DNA of 64,000 nt, taken from Methanomicrobia archaeon. GTDB taxonomy: Archaea; Halobacteriota; Bog-38; Methanoflorentales; Methanoflorentaceae. The translations under genes were made by a program, and so were the position numbers. Positions 1 through 10,526 of the stretch are shown one piece after another (positions within the stretch are counted from its first letter, which is position 1; every line of letters starts with the position of its first letter). The DNA is taken from the NCBI GenBank assembly GCA_015661395.1, contig JACWML010000001.1, positions 19,273 to 83,272 of the forward strand. The letters are read 5' to 3'. A model generated the notes under the pieces. That model was not told the DNA's origin, did not search any database, and worked only from the letters and a program-made list of their open reading frames with translations.

Positions 1-61
1 TGGATAATCGTTTCAAGAGAGCACGCTGCTCCCCACAAAAAACGAATGTTTCAAGAAGCGG

Positions 62-976
62 CTAAAAGACAGGCGTGAGCCACCGCGTGTAGCGCGGATC
101 GTTGCCGCGTGCCGCGTTGAAATACGCCTCTTTGAGCTCCTGCGTTATCGCGCCGGCCCCACCGTCACCGATGATGATCCCGTCGACGCTCGTTATGGGG
201 GCCACTTCCCCCGCGGTGCCGGTAAAGAAGAGTTCGTCCGCGGCATAGAGCTCTGTGCGGCCAATCCTCCGCTCACGGACATCGTAACTGCGATCCGCAC
301 AGAGCGTGATGATCGCGTCTCGCGTAATACCCTCGAGAATGTCATCCGAAACAGGTGGCGTGAGAACGGTGCCGTTGCGCACGAGAAACACGTTCTCGCC
401 GCTTCCTTCCGACACGAAGCCGTCTTTGGTGAGCAGTATCGCCTCATCGTACCCGTCTTGAACCGCCTCGACCTTTGCGAGCACGCTGTTGACGTAGGCG
501 CCGGCGAACTTGCCCGTCGGGGGCAGCGCGTTGTCTGAGACCCGCGCCCACGAGCTCACACACACTTTGAGGCCCGCATCGATGTCGTCGAAGTACTTGC
601 CCATCGGTTCGACATAGATCGCGTAGTCGTTTGCCCTGCCGCACGGGTAGAGGCCGACGGTGCCGGCCCCCCAGTACACGATCGGTCGTATGTACACGTC
701 CTCTTTGAGGGCATTTTCACGCACGACGTCAATGATGGCGTCTGCGAACTCCTGCTTGGCGAGCGGCAACGTGAGCCTGAGCACGCGCATGTTGCGATAC
801 AGCCGCTCGACGTGCTCCGTCAGTCGAACGATGAAGCTCTGCCCCTTCCCGTCGTTGTAGTAGGCCCTTATGCCCTCAAAAACAGCAGTACCGTAGTGGA
901 GGGCGTGCGTGCTAATGTGCACCGTTGCGTGGTCCCACGCTACATACGCCCCGTTCATCATAACTTTGCGACTCAT
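62..976 (-). CDS. ilvE: Branched-chain amino acid aminotransferase
   Basis: The ORF 62..1039 contains VAWDHATVHISTHALHYGTAVFEGIRAY and a class IV aminotransferase body. I placed the start at ATG 976 (MSRKVMMNG) because AAGGAG lies 6 nt upstream. Confidence 0.9.
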   Translation of the reverse strand: MSRKVMMNGAYVAWDHATVHISTHALHYGTAVFEGIRAYYNDGKGQSFIVRLTEHVERLYRNMRVLRLTLPLAKQEFADAIIDVVRENALKEDVYIRPIVYWGAGTVGLYPCGRANDYAIYVEPMGKYFDDIDAGLKVCVSSWARVSDNALPPTGKFAGAYVNSVLAKVEAVQDGYDEAILLTKDGFVSEGSGENVFLVRNGTVLTPPVSDDILEGITRDAIITLCADRSYDVRERRIGRTELYAADELFFTGTAGEVAPITSVDGIIIGDGGAGAITQELKEAYFNAARGNDPRYTRWLTPVF

Positions 977-1084
977 CCACGACTCCTTTTGCAGCTCACA
1001 ATCGTCGGCATTAGGTTTGGTGTGTTCTCCAATGCGCAACTACCCATTTAAACCTTTTTTTCTCGTGCACGGCTATCAGATCAG

Positions 1085-1092
1085 TTATATAC
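1085..1092 (+). promoter_or_regulatory. Putative archaeal TATA box for the tRNA gene
   Basis: TTATATAC is centred about 29 nt upstream of tRNA position 1, which is typical archaeal promoter spacing. Confidence 0.4.
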
Positions 1093-1116
1093 CTGCCAGC
1101 GCAACTAGTAGTGCAC

Positions 1117-1190
1117 GGGCCTGTAGTATAGTCTGGATAGCACAGCGGCCTCCGGAGCCTCAAACCCGGGTTCAAATCCCGGCAGGCCCG
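1117..1190 (+). tRNA. tRNA, probably tRNA-Arg(CCG)
   Basis: The acceptor stem is perfect over 7 bp (GGGCCTG/CAGGCCC). The T arm is CCGGG-TTCAAAT-CCCGG. The anticodon loop CTCCGGA gives anticodon CCG, with one C.U mismatch in the anticodon stem. I could not fold the D arm cleanly. No CCA is encoded. Confidence 0.75.
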
Positions 1191-1273
1191 CTCTTGCTCG
1201 CGGCTGCAGTGATTTTTGCGCTATGCGCGGCCTGACCGCGCCCGACTTTGACGTCAGAGCTCGTCACGCGAAG

Positions 1274-1981
1274 CTACTCTCGCTTCTCCAAGCCGTTGCT
1301 CTGTCGAATGCCTTCGAGGGCGCGACGCCTCACTTCAAGCCTCAGCACGTTGAACGGGACGTTGCAGAAGGGGAATAGTCGAATCTCCGTTATGTCGCGC
1401 GTTTTACGATCGACGACGAACGGGAACTCCACGCAGACTGCAGGTCGATCGGCATAGACCCGGCATCGGCCGCCCTCTTCGAGAAACGCGCACGGCTGAG
1501 CTTTTTTTAGCGCGTACGTGTAACGGCGGTCGTGATTATCGGCGTACGATACGCAGTGCTGCGCAACAAACTCGTCGAGCGACAGTTCAAGGTGCGCGCG
1601 CAAGCGCTCCACGTCATCAGACGTCAGCCTGATGATATCGAAGTAGCAACACCCCGGCAGCGAACAGTCAGCGCACAAGTGTCGCGACGAATGATCGTTC
1701 GCGCGAAGATCGTCGAGCAGTCGTTCGGGCGACAACGAAAAGTGCCACCCCCCTTCACGTTCCGTGATGATCTGATCAACGATGCCAAGTACGCGTTCGC
1801 TGGCGAGTGCCTCTGGCGCGTTAAGCCCCCCTGTCACCTTTGACGCGAGCGTTCGCCGCAGGTCGTCCTCTCGCCTTGGCTCAAAGAGACTGCCGTACGA
1901 CGCTTGCGTGGCCGCGCCGCGTGACGCACGATATTTGGCCCACCGACCCGCATCACCTACTCGCTGCTGTTTTGTTACCAA
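1274..1981 (-). CDS. YkgJ/UPF0153-type putative zinc/iron-chelating (CxxCxxCC) domain protein
   Basis: 235-aa ORF with CADCSLPGCCYFDI and later CAFLEEGGRCRVYADRPAVC, the cysteine pattern of the PF03692-like family. Confidence 0.6.
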   Translation of the reverse strand: MVTKQQRVGDAGRWAKYRASRGAATQASYGSLFEPRREDDLRRTLASKVTGGLNAPEALASERVLGIVDQIITEREGGWHFSLSPERLLDDLRANDHSSRHLCADCSLPGCCYFDIIRLTSDDVERLRAHLELSLDEFVAQHCVSYADNHDRRYTYALKKAQPCAFLEEGGRCRVYADRPAVCVEFPFVVDRKTRDITEIRLFPFCNVPFNVLRLEVRRRALEGIRQSNGLEKRE

Positions 1982-2168
1982 ATGCTCATCGCTCCCCGAG
2001 ATCCGCAGTCACGATCTTGCTCAGCACCTTTATAGCACTTCCCACGCAGCCACGCTTCAGCCGGCAGGGCTGAACGCGTACCTCGCGCAGAGTCATCCCA
2101 ACGAAGGCTGGCTAAAGCTCCTTTTTCGTAAGAAACCTATTAATGTTAGGATGCGCTCTTGTAGAGTG

Positions 2169-3227
2169 ATGTCAGACAAGCTAGACGGTTTGCGGAATTT
2201 GCTTGAGCGGCTATCAAATGCCCACGGCGTTTCCGGGCACGAAGGGAGCTCCCGCGACATACTCACGCACGAACTCACGCCCTACGTCGATGAGATCAGG
2301 ATTGACGCGTTCGGCAATCTGATCGCCACAAAATCAGGGAAAGGACCTTCCGTAATGCTCTCTGCGCACATGGATGAGGTGGGCCTTTCCGCCAAGTACA
2401 TTGACGAAAACGGGTTTATCTACTTCATCGGTATCGGCGGTTGGTTCGACCAAACGCTGCTAAACCAGCGCGTGCGCCTCCACGGAACCAAAGGCGATAT
2501 TCCTGGAGTGATAGGTTCTAAGCCCCCACATATTCTCGAGGAGGAGGAAAAGAAAAAACCGATCCCGATGAAGGACATGTTTATCGACATCGGTGCCGCA
2601 AGTGCCGAGGACGTCGAAGGCCTCGGCGTTCAAATCGGCACACCCATCACGATCGATCGCCAGTTTACCCCACTTTCGAGCAACTTCGTTACGGGAAAGG
2701 CGCTGGATGATCGAGCCGGATGCGCGATGATGATCGAGGCCATGAAACGCACCAAGGCGACGACCACCGTGTTCGCGGTCGGTTCGACGCAGGAGGAGGT
2801 CGGCTTGAAGGGTGCCAAAACGGCGTCATTTGGGCTGAATCCCAACGTTGCCATCGCCACGGAGACCAACATAGCGGGGGACCACCCAGGCATCGAAAAG
2901 AAGATGGCGCACTTGGAGCTCGGCAAGGGCCCCTCGGTCACCGTCGTCGACGGGGCGGGGCGCGGCCTCATCACCCCGGACTCGGTGCTTCGCTGGATCG
3001 AAGGGACGGCTCAGAAGGCGCGGATCGCATACCAGCGCGACGTCAGCTCGGGCGGCACCACAGACGCCACGGCGATCAACCTCACGCGGGCGGGGGTCCC
3101 CGCGGGCGTCGTCAGCGTCGTCACGCGGTACCTCCATACCCCCGTCGAGGTGCTCAACCTCGAAGATCTCGACGACGCCGCCGAACTCGTCGCCCGCATG
3201 CTCGAGACCGTCGCGGACTACTTTTAA
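2169..3227 (+). CDS. M42 family metallo-aminopeptidase (FrvX/TET-like)
   Basis: Contains GVSGHE, SAHMDEVG and GKALDDRAGC motifs. The start is set at ATG 2169 (MSDKLDGLRN), giving about 352 aa. The long upstream extension of ORF 1782..3227 overlaps the antisense gene. Confidence 0.85.
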   Translation: MSDKLDGLRNLLERLSNAHGVSGHEGSSRDILTHELTPYVDEIRIDAFGNLIATKSGKGPSVMLSAHMDEVGLSAKYIDENGFIYFIGIGGWFDQTLLNQRVRLHGTKGDIPGVIGSKPPHILEEEEKKKPIPMKDMFIDIGAASAEDVEGLGVQIGTPITIDRQFTPLSSNFVTGKALDDRAGCAMMIEAMKRTKATTTVFAVGSTQEEVGLKGAKTASFGLNPNVAIATETNIAGDHPGIEKKMAHLELGKGPSVTVVDGAGRGLITPDSVLRWIEGTAQKARIAYQRDVSSGGTTDATAINLTRAGVPAGVVSVVTRYLHTPVEVLNLEDLDDAAELVARMLETVADYF

Positions 3228-3272
3228 CCTTCCAACGCGTTCAACGGGGCCAAAACTCGCGCGCGTGAGAGC

Positions 3273-3281
3273 TTTTATATA
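3273..3281 (+). promoter_or_regulatory. Putative TATA box upstream of the cimA/leuA-ilvBNC cluster
   Basis: TTTTATATA lies about 45 nt upstream of the point where the cimA/leuA reading frame opens. Confidence 0.4.
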
Positions 3282-3390
3282 GTTACGGCTTCCTTCTACA
3301 GCAAGGAAGTGACTACCGTGAGGGATCGCTTTATTTAACGACATCAAGTTTTTCGACACGACGCTGCGCGATGGAGAGCAAACCCCTGGT

Positions 3391-4806
3391 GTGTCGCTCA
3401 CTGCCGAGAAGAAACTGTGGATTGCTAAGGCCCTAGACAAACTCGGCGTGGACGTTATCGAAGCGGGATCCGCGGTCACGTCGGAAGGCGAGCGGACCGC
3501 CATCAAAGCGGTCGCCCACGAAGGATTGCGCTCCGAGATATGCAGCTTCGCGCGCGCCCTTCGGGGGGATATCGACTACTGCCTCGAATGCGACGTGGAC
3601 TCAGTGCACCTCGTCGTGCCCGTGTCGGATTTGCACATCGAAAAAAAGTTGCGCAAGGATCGAGACGCCGTGCTGCGCATGGCCGTGGACACGACGGAAT
3701 ACGCCACCGAGCACGGCCTCATAGTGGAGCTTAGCGCCGAAGACGCGTCACGAGCGGACGGCGATTTTCTGCGCGTTTTCTATCGTCAAGGCGTCGCTGC
3801 CGGCGCCAAACGGCTCTGCTACTGCGACACCGTTGGCGTGCTCATCCCCGATCGCGCGGCCGCTGAGTTGGCTGACCTCGCGACGATAGCACCCCTAAGC
3901 ATCCATTGCCACGACGATTTCGGCCTCGCGACGGCGAATTCCATCGCGGCCCTTGGCGCGGGCGCGACGCAGGTACACGTGACGGTGAACGGTCTGGGTG
4001 AGCGTGCGGGAAACGCGTCGCTCGAAGAGCTCGTGATGACGCTCGAGTCACTGTTTGGCTACACGACGCGCATCAATACGACCGAGCTCTACCCTATTTC
4101 GAGGCTCGTGAGCAGGCTTACGGGCGTGCCCGTTGCCCAGAACAAACCCATTGTCGGAGAGAACGCGTTCACGCACGAGTCAGGCATCCATACCCACGGA
4201 CTGCTGGCAGACACACGGACGTACGAGCCGATAACCCCTGAGATGGTGGGTCGAGAGCGACGGATTGTGCTCGGAAAACACGCGGGCAGCGCGTCGGTGC
4301 GACTCGCGCTACAAGAGCTCGGTCTCGACGCGGACGATGAGCAACTGAGCGACATACTGAAACGCATCAAGGAGCTGGGCGACAAGGGAAAACGCGTCAC
4401 CGACGCCGACCTACAAGCCATTGCCGATGCTGTGCTCGAGATCAATCGCGAGGCGCGTATAAAGCTGCAAGAGCTGACAGTCGTGTCGGGAAACATCGTT
4501 ACCCCGACGTCGTCAATCAAACTCTCAGTCGATAACCAAGAGGTCGTCGAAGCGGGCATCGGTCTCGGGCCGGTTGACGCCGCGATAAACGCGCTTAGAA
4601 AGGCGATAGGAAAGCTTGCGGACATAACGCTCGAAGAGTACCACGTTGATGCCATCACCGGCGGCACCGACGCACTGGTCGAGGTGTGGGTGAAGCTAAG
4701 CCGAGACGGTCACGTCATCACAGCGCGCGGCGCGCGCGCTGACATCATCATAGCGTCGGTTGAAGCGGTCGTTGAGGGCGTAAACAGGCTACTAACGTTG
4801 AAATGA
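3391..4806 (+). CDS. (R)-citramalate synthase / 2-isopropylmalate synthase family protein; true N-terminus lies upstream of this GTG
   Basis: DRE-TIM body with a LeuA-dimer-like C-terminal domain, sited next to ilvBNC. The conserved [13 protein letters not shown] is encoded in frame at 3349-3390, upstream of the first canonical start (GTG 3391). See findings. Confidence 0.85.
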   Translation: MSLTAEKKLWIAKALDKLGVDVIEAGSAVTSEGERTAIKAVAHEGLRSEICSFARALRGDIDYCLECDVDSVHLVVPVSDLHIEKKLRKDRDAVLRMAVDTTEYATEHGLIVELSAEDASRADGDFLRVFYRQGVAAGAKRLCYCDTVGVLIPDRAAAELADLATIAPLSIHCHDDFGLATANSIAALGAGATQVHVTVNGLGERAGNASLEELVMTLESLFGYTTRINTTELYPISRLVSRLTGVPVAQNKPIVGENAFTHESGIHTHGLLADTRTYEPITPEMVGRERRIVLGKHAGSASVRLALQELGLDADDEQLSDILKRIKELGDKGKRVTDADLQAIADAVLEINREARIKLQELTVVSGNIVTPTSSIKLSVDNQEVVEAGIGLGPVDAAINALRKAIGKLADITLEEYHVDAITGGTDALVEVWVKLSRDGHVITARGARADIIIASVEAVVEGVNRLLTLK

Positions 4807-4819
4807 TAGGTGAGATGCA

Positions 4820-6493
4820 ATGAACCTGAGCGGTGCCAAGGCACTTTTGAAAAGTCTCGAATACGAACACGTGGATACGATTTTCGGCATCCCTGGAGGC
4901 GTCGTCATACCCATCTACGACGAACTCTTTAACCAAGATGCCATTACGCACTACCTCGTGCGCCACGAACAAGCAGCCGCGCACGCAGCGGATGGCTACG
5001 CGCGAGCAACCGGGAAAGTAGGCGTGTGCATGGCCACCTCAGGTCCCGGAGCAACGAACCTCGTCACAGGGATCGCGACCGCCTACATGGATAGCGTGCC
5101 CCTCGTCGCGCTTACGGGTCAGGTGACCACGGATCTCATCGGCAACGACGCCTTTCAAGAGGCCAACATAACGGGCATCACACTCCCGATCACGAAGCAC
5201 AGTTACTTGATTCACGAAGCGAGCGAGATTCCACAGACGATAAAGGAGGCGTTTCACATCGCATCCACCGGTCGACCAGGTCCCGTCTTGATCGATATCC
5301 CAAAGGACGTGCAGACGACGAGTGCCCGGTTTGAATATCCGAAAAAGGTGCACTTGCCCGGATATCAGCCGACCTACGAAGGACACCCAGGTCAGATTAA
5401 GCGCGCGGCGAAGGCCATTAATGAGGCGCACCGACCCGTAATCTACGTCGGAGGCGGCGCCAAGATCAGCGGAGCTTCCGAAGAAGTCCGTGCACTCGCC
5501 GAAACTATTGTGGCGCCGGTGACGATGACGCTTATGGGCATGGGAACGTTGCCCGCTGAACATCCACTTTCGCTAGGGATGCTCGGCATGCACGGGACAA
5601 AGTACGCGAACTACGCCGTTACCGAATCAGATCTCATCATCGCGATCGGAGCGCGCTTCGACGACCGCGTAACGGGTAAAATCGCGAGCTTCGCCCCCAA
5701 CGCGAAGATCATTCACATCGACATCGATCCGGCCGAGATCGGCAAGAACGTCAGAGTCGACATACCGATCGTCGGCGATGTGAAGCGAGTGCTCCAAAAA
5801 CTGATCCCACTTCTCAAGGACACGCGCACAAAAGAGTGGATGGAAAAGGTGCAGACGTGGAAGCGCGAGTACCCGCTTGAATTCGGCGAGACAGGCTTAA
5901 AGCCACAGTACATCGTGCGAGAGATAAGCAGACTGTGCCCAGACGCCGTCGTGTGCACCGAAGTCGGGCAACATCAGATGTGGGCTGCGCAATACTTTAG
6001 CCACCGCCACCCGCGAAACTTCATCTCTTCGGGAGGCTTGGGGACGATGGGGTACGGGTTCCCCGCGTCCATCGGAGCGAAGATCGGTCGGCCCGAAGAG
6101 ACCGTTTTTGACCTTGCCGGAGACGGGAGCTTCACCATGAACTGCCAAGAGCTTGCCACAGCAGTCGCTTACGACGTTCAGGTCAAGGTCGCGATCTTCA
6201 ATAACGGCTACCTGGGCATGGTGAGGCAATGGCAAGAGCTCTTCTACGACCGTCGGTACTCCCAGACGAAGCTCTCCGAGATCAACTTCGTGAAGCTCGC
6301 CGGCGCGTTCGGCGCTCACGGAATACGCGTGGACTCGCCGAGCGAAGTAGCGCCCGCCATCGAAGAGGCGCTTGTGGTGCCAAAGCCCGTTATCATCGAC
6401 TTCAGAATCGAACCCGAGGAGTGCGTGTTCCCCATGGTTCCAGCAGGAGCGGCGCTTAACGAAATAATCGACGCAAAGAACGGGAGGGTGTAG
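4820..6493 (+). CDS. ilvB: Acetolactate synthase large subunit (ThDP-dependent)
   Basis: 557 aa. Contains IFGIPGG, a ThDP motif region [15 protein letters not shown]...GDGSFTMN, and sits in ilvBNC context. Confidence 0.95.
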   Translation: MNLSGAKALLKSLEYEHVDTIFGIPGGVVIPIYDELFNQDAITHYLVRHEQAAAHAADGYARATGKVGVCMATSGPGATNLVTGIATAYMDSVPLVALTGQVTTDLIGNDAFQEANITGITLPITKHSYLIHEASEIPQTIKEAFHIASTGRPGPVLIDIPKDVQTTSARFEYPKKVHLPGYQPTYEGHPGQIKRAAKAINEAHRPVIYVGGGAKISGASEEVRALAETIVAPVTMTLMGMGTLPAEHPLSLGMLGMHGTKYANYAVTESDLIIAIGARFDDRVTGKIASFAPNAKIIHIDIDPAEIGKNVRVDIPIVGDVKRVLQKLIPLLKDTRTKEWMEKVQTWKREYPLEFGETGLKPQYIVREISRLCPDAVVCTEVGQHQMWAAQYFSHRHPRNFISSGGLGTMGYGFPASIGAKIGRPEETVFDLAGDGSFTMNCQELATAVAYDVQVKVAIFNNGYLGMVRQWQELFYDRRYSQTKLSEINFVKLAGAFGAHGIRVDSPSEVAPAIEEALVVPKPVIIDFRIEPEECVFPMVPAGAALNEIIDAKNGRV

Positions 6494-6496
6494 CGG

Positions 6497-6997
6497 ATGA
6501 AACACACCGTATCTGTCCTCGTTCAAAATAAGCCCGGCGTACTGGCGCGAACCGCTGGCCTTTTCAGCAGACGGGGCTATAACATAGAGAGCCTAACAGT
6601 CGGCGTTACCGAAAACGAAGCCGTTTCACGTATGACCATCGTTGTGACCGGCGACGATACCGTGGTCGAACAAGTCACCAAGCAGCTCAACAAGCTCATC
6701 GAGGTCATCAAGGTGAGTGATCTCACCAAGGAGTCGTACGTGAACCGAGAGCTCGTGCTCATAAAGGTCACCGCCGACAGCTCAAATCGAGCGGAGATTA
6801 TGCAGATCGTCAACATCTTCCGGGCGCGAATCGTCGACGTGGCACCCAAGAGCCTCATCATCGAGGTGACCGGTGATGAGGGAAAACTGGACGCGCTTAT
6901 TGGTATGCTCAAGCAATTCGGCATCAAGGAGATCGTAAGGACGGGCACGCTAGCTCTAGGGCGAGGACCCAAGGTGATACAAAGCGGCAAAGACTAG
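6497..6997 (+). CDS. ilvN: Acetolactate synthase small (regulatory) subunit
   Basis: 166 aa. ACT domain start [33 protein letters not shown], immediately downstream of ilvB. Confidence 0.9.
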   Translation: MKHTVSVLVQNKPGVLARTAGLFSRRGYNIESLTVGVTENEAVSRMTIVVTGDDTVVEQVTKQLNKLIEVIKVSDLTKESYVNRELVLIKVTADSSNRAEIMQIVNIFRARIVDVAPKSLIIEVTGDEGKLDALIGMLKQFGIKEIVRTGTLALGRGPKVIQSGKD

Positions 6998-7183
6998 AGC
7001 GCTGTGACTAAGAGACGCCGAGCAACGAAAATCACTAAAGCGCAGCGGGACATCACCCCCCGATCGAGGGCGAGGGATGGCTTGCCGGGATATGTCTCAA
7101 TGCGGGCGGCACACGCTCGCGCCACAAGCTTTTTTATACGGCTCATAAACTAAGAGACGATTGATGGAAAATGGAGGGTTAAC

Positions 7184-8170
7184 ATGGTTCAAATCTTTTA
7201 TAACGAAGACGCTGACTTGAAACATCTAAGCGGCAAGACAATCGCAATCATCGGTTATGGCAGCCAAGGGCACGCCCAAGCACAGAACCTCAAGGACTCG
7301 GGACTAGATGTTCTCATCGGTCTGCGCAAGGGGAGATCGTGGGATCAGGCGCTAAAAGACGATTTTGAAGTGCTCAGCGTCGCAGAGGCGGCAAATCGCG
7401 GGGACGTCGTGCAAGTGCTTCTGCCCGACGAACGCCAGGCGGCTGTGTATAAGGCTGAAATTGAACCGCAGCTCCAAGAGGGGAACGTGCTATCGTTTTC
7501 GCACGGCTTCAACATTCATTATAACCAGATCGTTCCCCCGGCACACGTGGACGTAGTTATGGTTGCGCCCAAAGGTCCGGGCCACCTCGTACGGCGCATC
7601 TATACCCAAGGGGAGGGCGTCCCAGCACTGGTGGCCGTGTACCAAGATTACACGGGTAACGCGTTCCAGACGGCGCTCGCGTATGCTAAGGGCATCGGCG
7701 CCACGCGAGCGGGCGTGCTAGAGACGTCGTTTAAGGAGGAAACAGAGACCGATCTGTTCGGGGAACAAGCTGTTCTCTGTGGCGGAACCACCGCGCTCAT
7801 CAAAGCCGGCTTTGAAACGCTGGTCGAAGCAGGCTACAAGCCTGAAATCGCGTATTTCGAGTGCCTGCACGAATTGAAGCTCATCGTCGACCTTATCCAC
7901 GAAGGCGGGCTCTCGTGGATGCGCCATTCAATCAGTGACACGGCAGAATACGGCGATCTCACCAGAGGGGAGTGCATTATTACCAATGCGACACGCGACA
8001 CCATGAGGGGGCTGCTCAAGGACATTCAAACAGGGGAGTTCGCACGCGAATGGATACTCGAGAATCAAGCTAACCGCCCGGTGTTTAACGCACTCACGCA
8101 ACGAGAGAGGGAGCATCCAATAGAAACGGTGGGCGCAAAGCTCCGCGCGATGATGACGTGGCTCAAGTGA
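7184..8170 (+). CDS. ilvC: Ketol-acid reductoisomerase
   Basis: 328 aa with [25 protein letters not shown] lies upstream of the ATG, and TTTTTATAC at 7131-7139 is a candidate TATA box. Confidence 0.95.
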   Translation: MVQIFYNEDADLKHLSGKTIAIIGYGSQGHAQAQNLKDSGLDVLIGLRKGRSWDQALKDDFEVLSVAEAANRGDVVQVLLPDERQAAVYKAEIEPQLQEGNVLSFSHGFNIHYNQIVPPAHVDVVMVAPKGPGHLVRRIYTQGEGVPALVAVYQDYTGNAFQTALAYAKGIGATRAGVLETSFKEETETDLFGEQAVLCGGTTALIKAGFETLVEAGYKPEIAYFECLHELKLIVDLIHEGGLSWMRHSISDTAEYGDLTRGECIITNATRDTMRGLLKDIQTGEFAREWILENQANRPVFNALTQREREHPIETVGAKLRAMMTWLK

Positions 8171-8402
8171 CGGCGTGCTTGACTGGCCCCGGTTTTTAGT
8201 GCAGATGCGTGACTGTGGCCCACAATGATCAACGAACGCTGAGCGGAGTTTCACGAATCCCGTCGCCGCTTAGCTTCCCCATTTGACCGTCTGCAGCTGA
8301 CGGCTCTTTGTTGCTTGGCCTCGCAAATAGCTGGCAATGCGTGCGCAAACTCTTATACTCTCGCAAAGAATTAGAAGGCGAGAAGGCTATGGTGGCCGCC
8401 AT

Positions 8403-8966
8403 ATGACCCAAGCCAAGCGCATCTGTGGTATCGGAGCGATTGTGTTTCTGATTTTGCAGCCCACGGCACTAGCAACTCACGCTCTGACAAGCGTTACTTC
8501 GTTTGCGCCGGTGAACGCGACGCGCGACCAAGGCTTTTCCCAGACGTGGCTTTCTGAACAGGGCACTGGCGCGGCACGCAGCCCGGCGATGGTATACGCG
8601 CTTGCGGTAGACGTTCCAGTTGCTCAGAGCGAGATACCTAATGTTTTAGTCCCCTCGACGATTCCGTCTGCTGAGCCATCGCTTCCTACCGTTAGCCCGA
8701 CGCCGCAGCCGGCCACGGCCTCAACGAACAGCACCAACGGCACGGCACCGACCAGCGCCGGGAATGGTATCGACCTCGGCAAGGTTATCGGCAGCATTTC
8801 GCCCTACCTCATCATCGCTCTAATTCCGCTTCTTTTTGTCATCGGAGCCTTGTTTTATTTCTTTTTCATGGGCGATCAAGATCGCGGGGCTCCGAACGAC
8901 GAAAACGAGGCAGACATTCAATTCACCGATGCAGGCGAAGATACCGGGTGGAGAGAGCTCAAGTAA
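8403..8966 (+). CDS. Hypothetical secreted or membrane-anchored protein (signal peptide, Pro/Thr/Ser linker, C-terminal TM helix)
   Basis: N-terminal MTQAKRICGIGAIVFLILQPTALA, a low-complexity PSxP/T-rich linker with NxT sequons, then the TM segment ISPYLIIALIPLLFVIGALFYFFF and an acidic tail. Confidence 0.5.
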   Translation: MTQAKRICGIGAIVFLILQPTALATHALTSVTSFAPVNATRDQGFSQTWLSEQGTGAARSPAMVYALAVDVPVAQSEIPNVLVPSTIPSAEPSLPTVSPTPQPATASTNSTNGTAPTSAGNGIDLGKVIGSISPYLIIALIPLLFVIGALFYFFFMGDQDRGAPNDENEADIQFTDAGEDTGWRELK

Positions 8967-9247
8967 GCTAGGTCTGATAATTTCACGGTTGCCCCAGACA
9001 GGCAGCGCTACAGCGTTAATAACGCTAGCGACACTGTGGCGTCTGCACACCAAAAAGAGGCAATCAACCCCCGAAGGGGGGTCGTATCACCGCCACAAAA
9101 AAACTCGTAGACGGCCAATCAACGGTTATTTCTGCTTCTAAACGGGCAATTGATAAAACGTTATATATTGTGCGGATCATCAGAGGGGTGTGGACTAAGG
9201 CTTGCACGACGCGCACAAAAACAGCGCTGGACGTCGGGGTGAACGCG

Positions 9248-9511
9248 ATGCCGGACAAACAGGATATCATAAAAAAGAGCGTTGATATTCTCGCCCGTAT
9301 CGTTGGGGATGATTCGGTGCCGAGAAATATCCGCCGCGCTGCCGACGAGGCCAAAACGAGGCTGCTCGATCGAGAGGAGTCCGAAGCTGTTCGCGCAGCG
9401 TACGCGATTTCGATACTCGACGACATAAGCAACGATCCGAACATGCCACTCCACACGCGAACGCTCATTTGGAACGTAGCAAGTCAGCTTGAGAAGGTTT
9501 CGATGGAATGA
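9248..9511 (+). CDS. UPF0147 family small protein
   Basis: An 87-aa product from the internal ATG (MPDKQDII...). It carries VPRNIRRAA and [13 protein letters not shown], which I recognise as UPF0147 signatures. Confidence 0.6.
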   Translation: MPDKQDIIKKSVDILARIVGDDSVPRNIRRAADEAKTRLLDREESEAVRAAYAISILDDISNDPNMPLHTRTLIWNVASQLEKVSME

Positions 9512-9823
9512 TTGATAGCTTAAGCGCCAAGAGTTAGGGGGTGCGCGTTTGAACTCAACCCTCGTAATGGTCACTTTTTTTGCGTAGATGCGCAATCCGC
9601 GTCTGTGCGATCGTTAGGGCGCCGCACGGATCAACGTTCCTAAGGAAAGGTCGTCGCACAAGGTCGTCGCAAATAATAAAACGACCTGTAAGCATTTTTT
9701 CTGATTTAGAGCGCAATATGAGATGCGAAAAAGTTCGGTGCGCTCATCAAAGAGGAATAATAATATAACATAACGTACGAGTAGTTTTGCGCTTCGGGAG
9801 CGTGAGTAAGGTACGGTGACCTC

Positions 9824-10114
9824 ATGGACGTTGACGAACAGGCCAATAAGATTAAGAGTTGGGCCAGAAAGCATGCCGAGAGACGAGGAATTCAGCTCAA
9901 TCCTGACGAAGAGCGAGTCGATGAGGTCGCAAAGGGTCTCGCTGCCAGGCAGGAAAAGTTCGGAAAGCGTTACTGCCCGTGTCGCATTATTACGGGAGAC
10001 GCCGATGAGGATCGAAAGATAATCTGTCCGTGCGTTTACCACGAAGAAGAGCTCAAAGAGCACGGCATGTGTCATTGCAAGCTTTTTGTTACAAAAGAAC
10101 GTGCGTTGGGATGA
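9824..10114 (+). CDS. Ferredoxin:thioredoxin reductase catalytic-subunit-like protein (FTR/FDR family)
   Basis: 96 aa with the CPC-x16-CPC-x8-CHC cysteine pattern (RYCPCRII...IICPCVYH...GMCHCKLF). Its stop overlaps the next ATG (ATGA). Confidence 0.8.
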   Translation: MDVDEQANKIKSWARKHAERRGIQLNPDEERVDEVAKGLAARQEKFGKRYCPCRIITGDADEDRKIICPCVYHEEELKEHGMCHCKLFVTKERALG

Positions 10115-10526
10115 GCGGTTGCGCGAGCATCTCATCAGGCGGCTACGAGTTTAAAAGCGGAATAACGCCCCCTACAGTGGTTGGCAACTTGATGCAGAAC
10201 AAAACGGTCATCCTGTTCATCACGCAGAACAACTGCCCTGATTGCGAGCAGGCACGACCACTGATAGCGAGTCTTCAATCGCAGTACAATGGCACGAACG
10301 TAACATTTGTTAACTTCAACATCGACAACAACACTACGTCACAGAATGTCGCCAAAGCCTATGGCGTGACCGCAACCCCGACAACCGTTGTGTTACGCAA
10401 GGACGGGTCCGCCGCGATCTTCGTGGGTGTCTTCGACCCGAGCACGGTGAAAAGCGCCATTGACGACGCACGCAGCACTTACTAAGGACGCGCGCACATG
10501 GAAGTAAACCCACTGATCGCTTTCGG
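9914..10526 (+). repeat. Segmental duplication, copy A (3' part of FTR-like gene, thioredoxin, first ~30 nt of ccdA)
   Basis: Collinear with 11299..11927 by manual alignment. A 155-nt block, 9946-10100, differs from the other copy by a single base. Confidence 0.85.
10111..10485 (+). CDS. Thioredoxin-fold protein, CPDC active site
   Basis: 124 aa. Has VILFITQNNCPDCEQARP and a cis-Pro-type TPTTVVLRKDG. Translationally coupled to the FTR-like gene. Confidence 0.8.
   Translation: MSGCASISSGGYEFKSGITPPTVVGNLMQNKTVILFITQNNCPDCEQARPLIASLQSQYNGTNVTFVNFNIDNNTTSQNVAKAYGVTATPTTVVLRKDGSAAIFVGVFDPSTVKSAIDDARSTY

Noticed and set aside
1782-2168. N-terminal 129-codon extension of the M42 peptidase ORF
   Set aside because: The extension overlaps the antisense YkgJ-like gene and is Arg/Ser/Ala-rich. 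The family-typical N-terminus begins at ATG 2169.
2826-3506. 226-aa minus-strand ORF spanning the peptidase 3' end and the cimA/leuA 5' end
   Set aside because: It is antisense to two strongly supported genes. This is a typical high-GC shadow ORF. The same applies to 5897..6526, 12524..13205, 14352..15008, 34689..35303 and 40303..40908.
10111-10130. MSGC at the N-terminus of the thioredoxin, considered as a lipobox (lipoprotein signal)
   Set aside because: No hydrophobic signal-peptide h-region precedes the Cys. The Cys sits at residue 4, so a lipoprotein signal is not supported.
9614-10135. 173-aa minus-strand ORF, with a similar one at 11257..11460
   Set aside because: It is entirely antisense to the well-supported FTR-like and thioredoxin genes, and its translation has no recognisable features.
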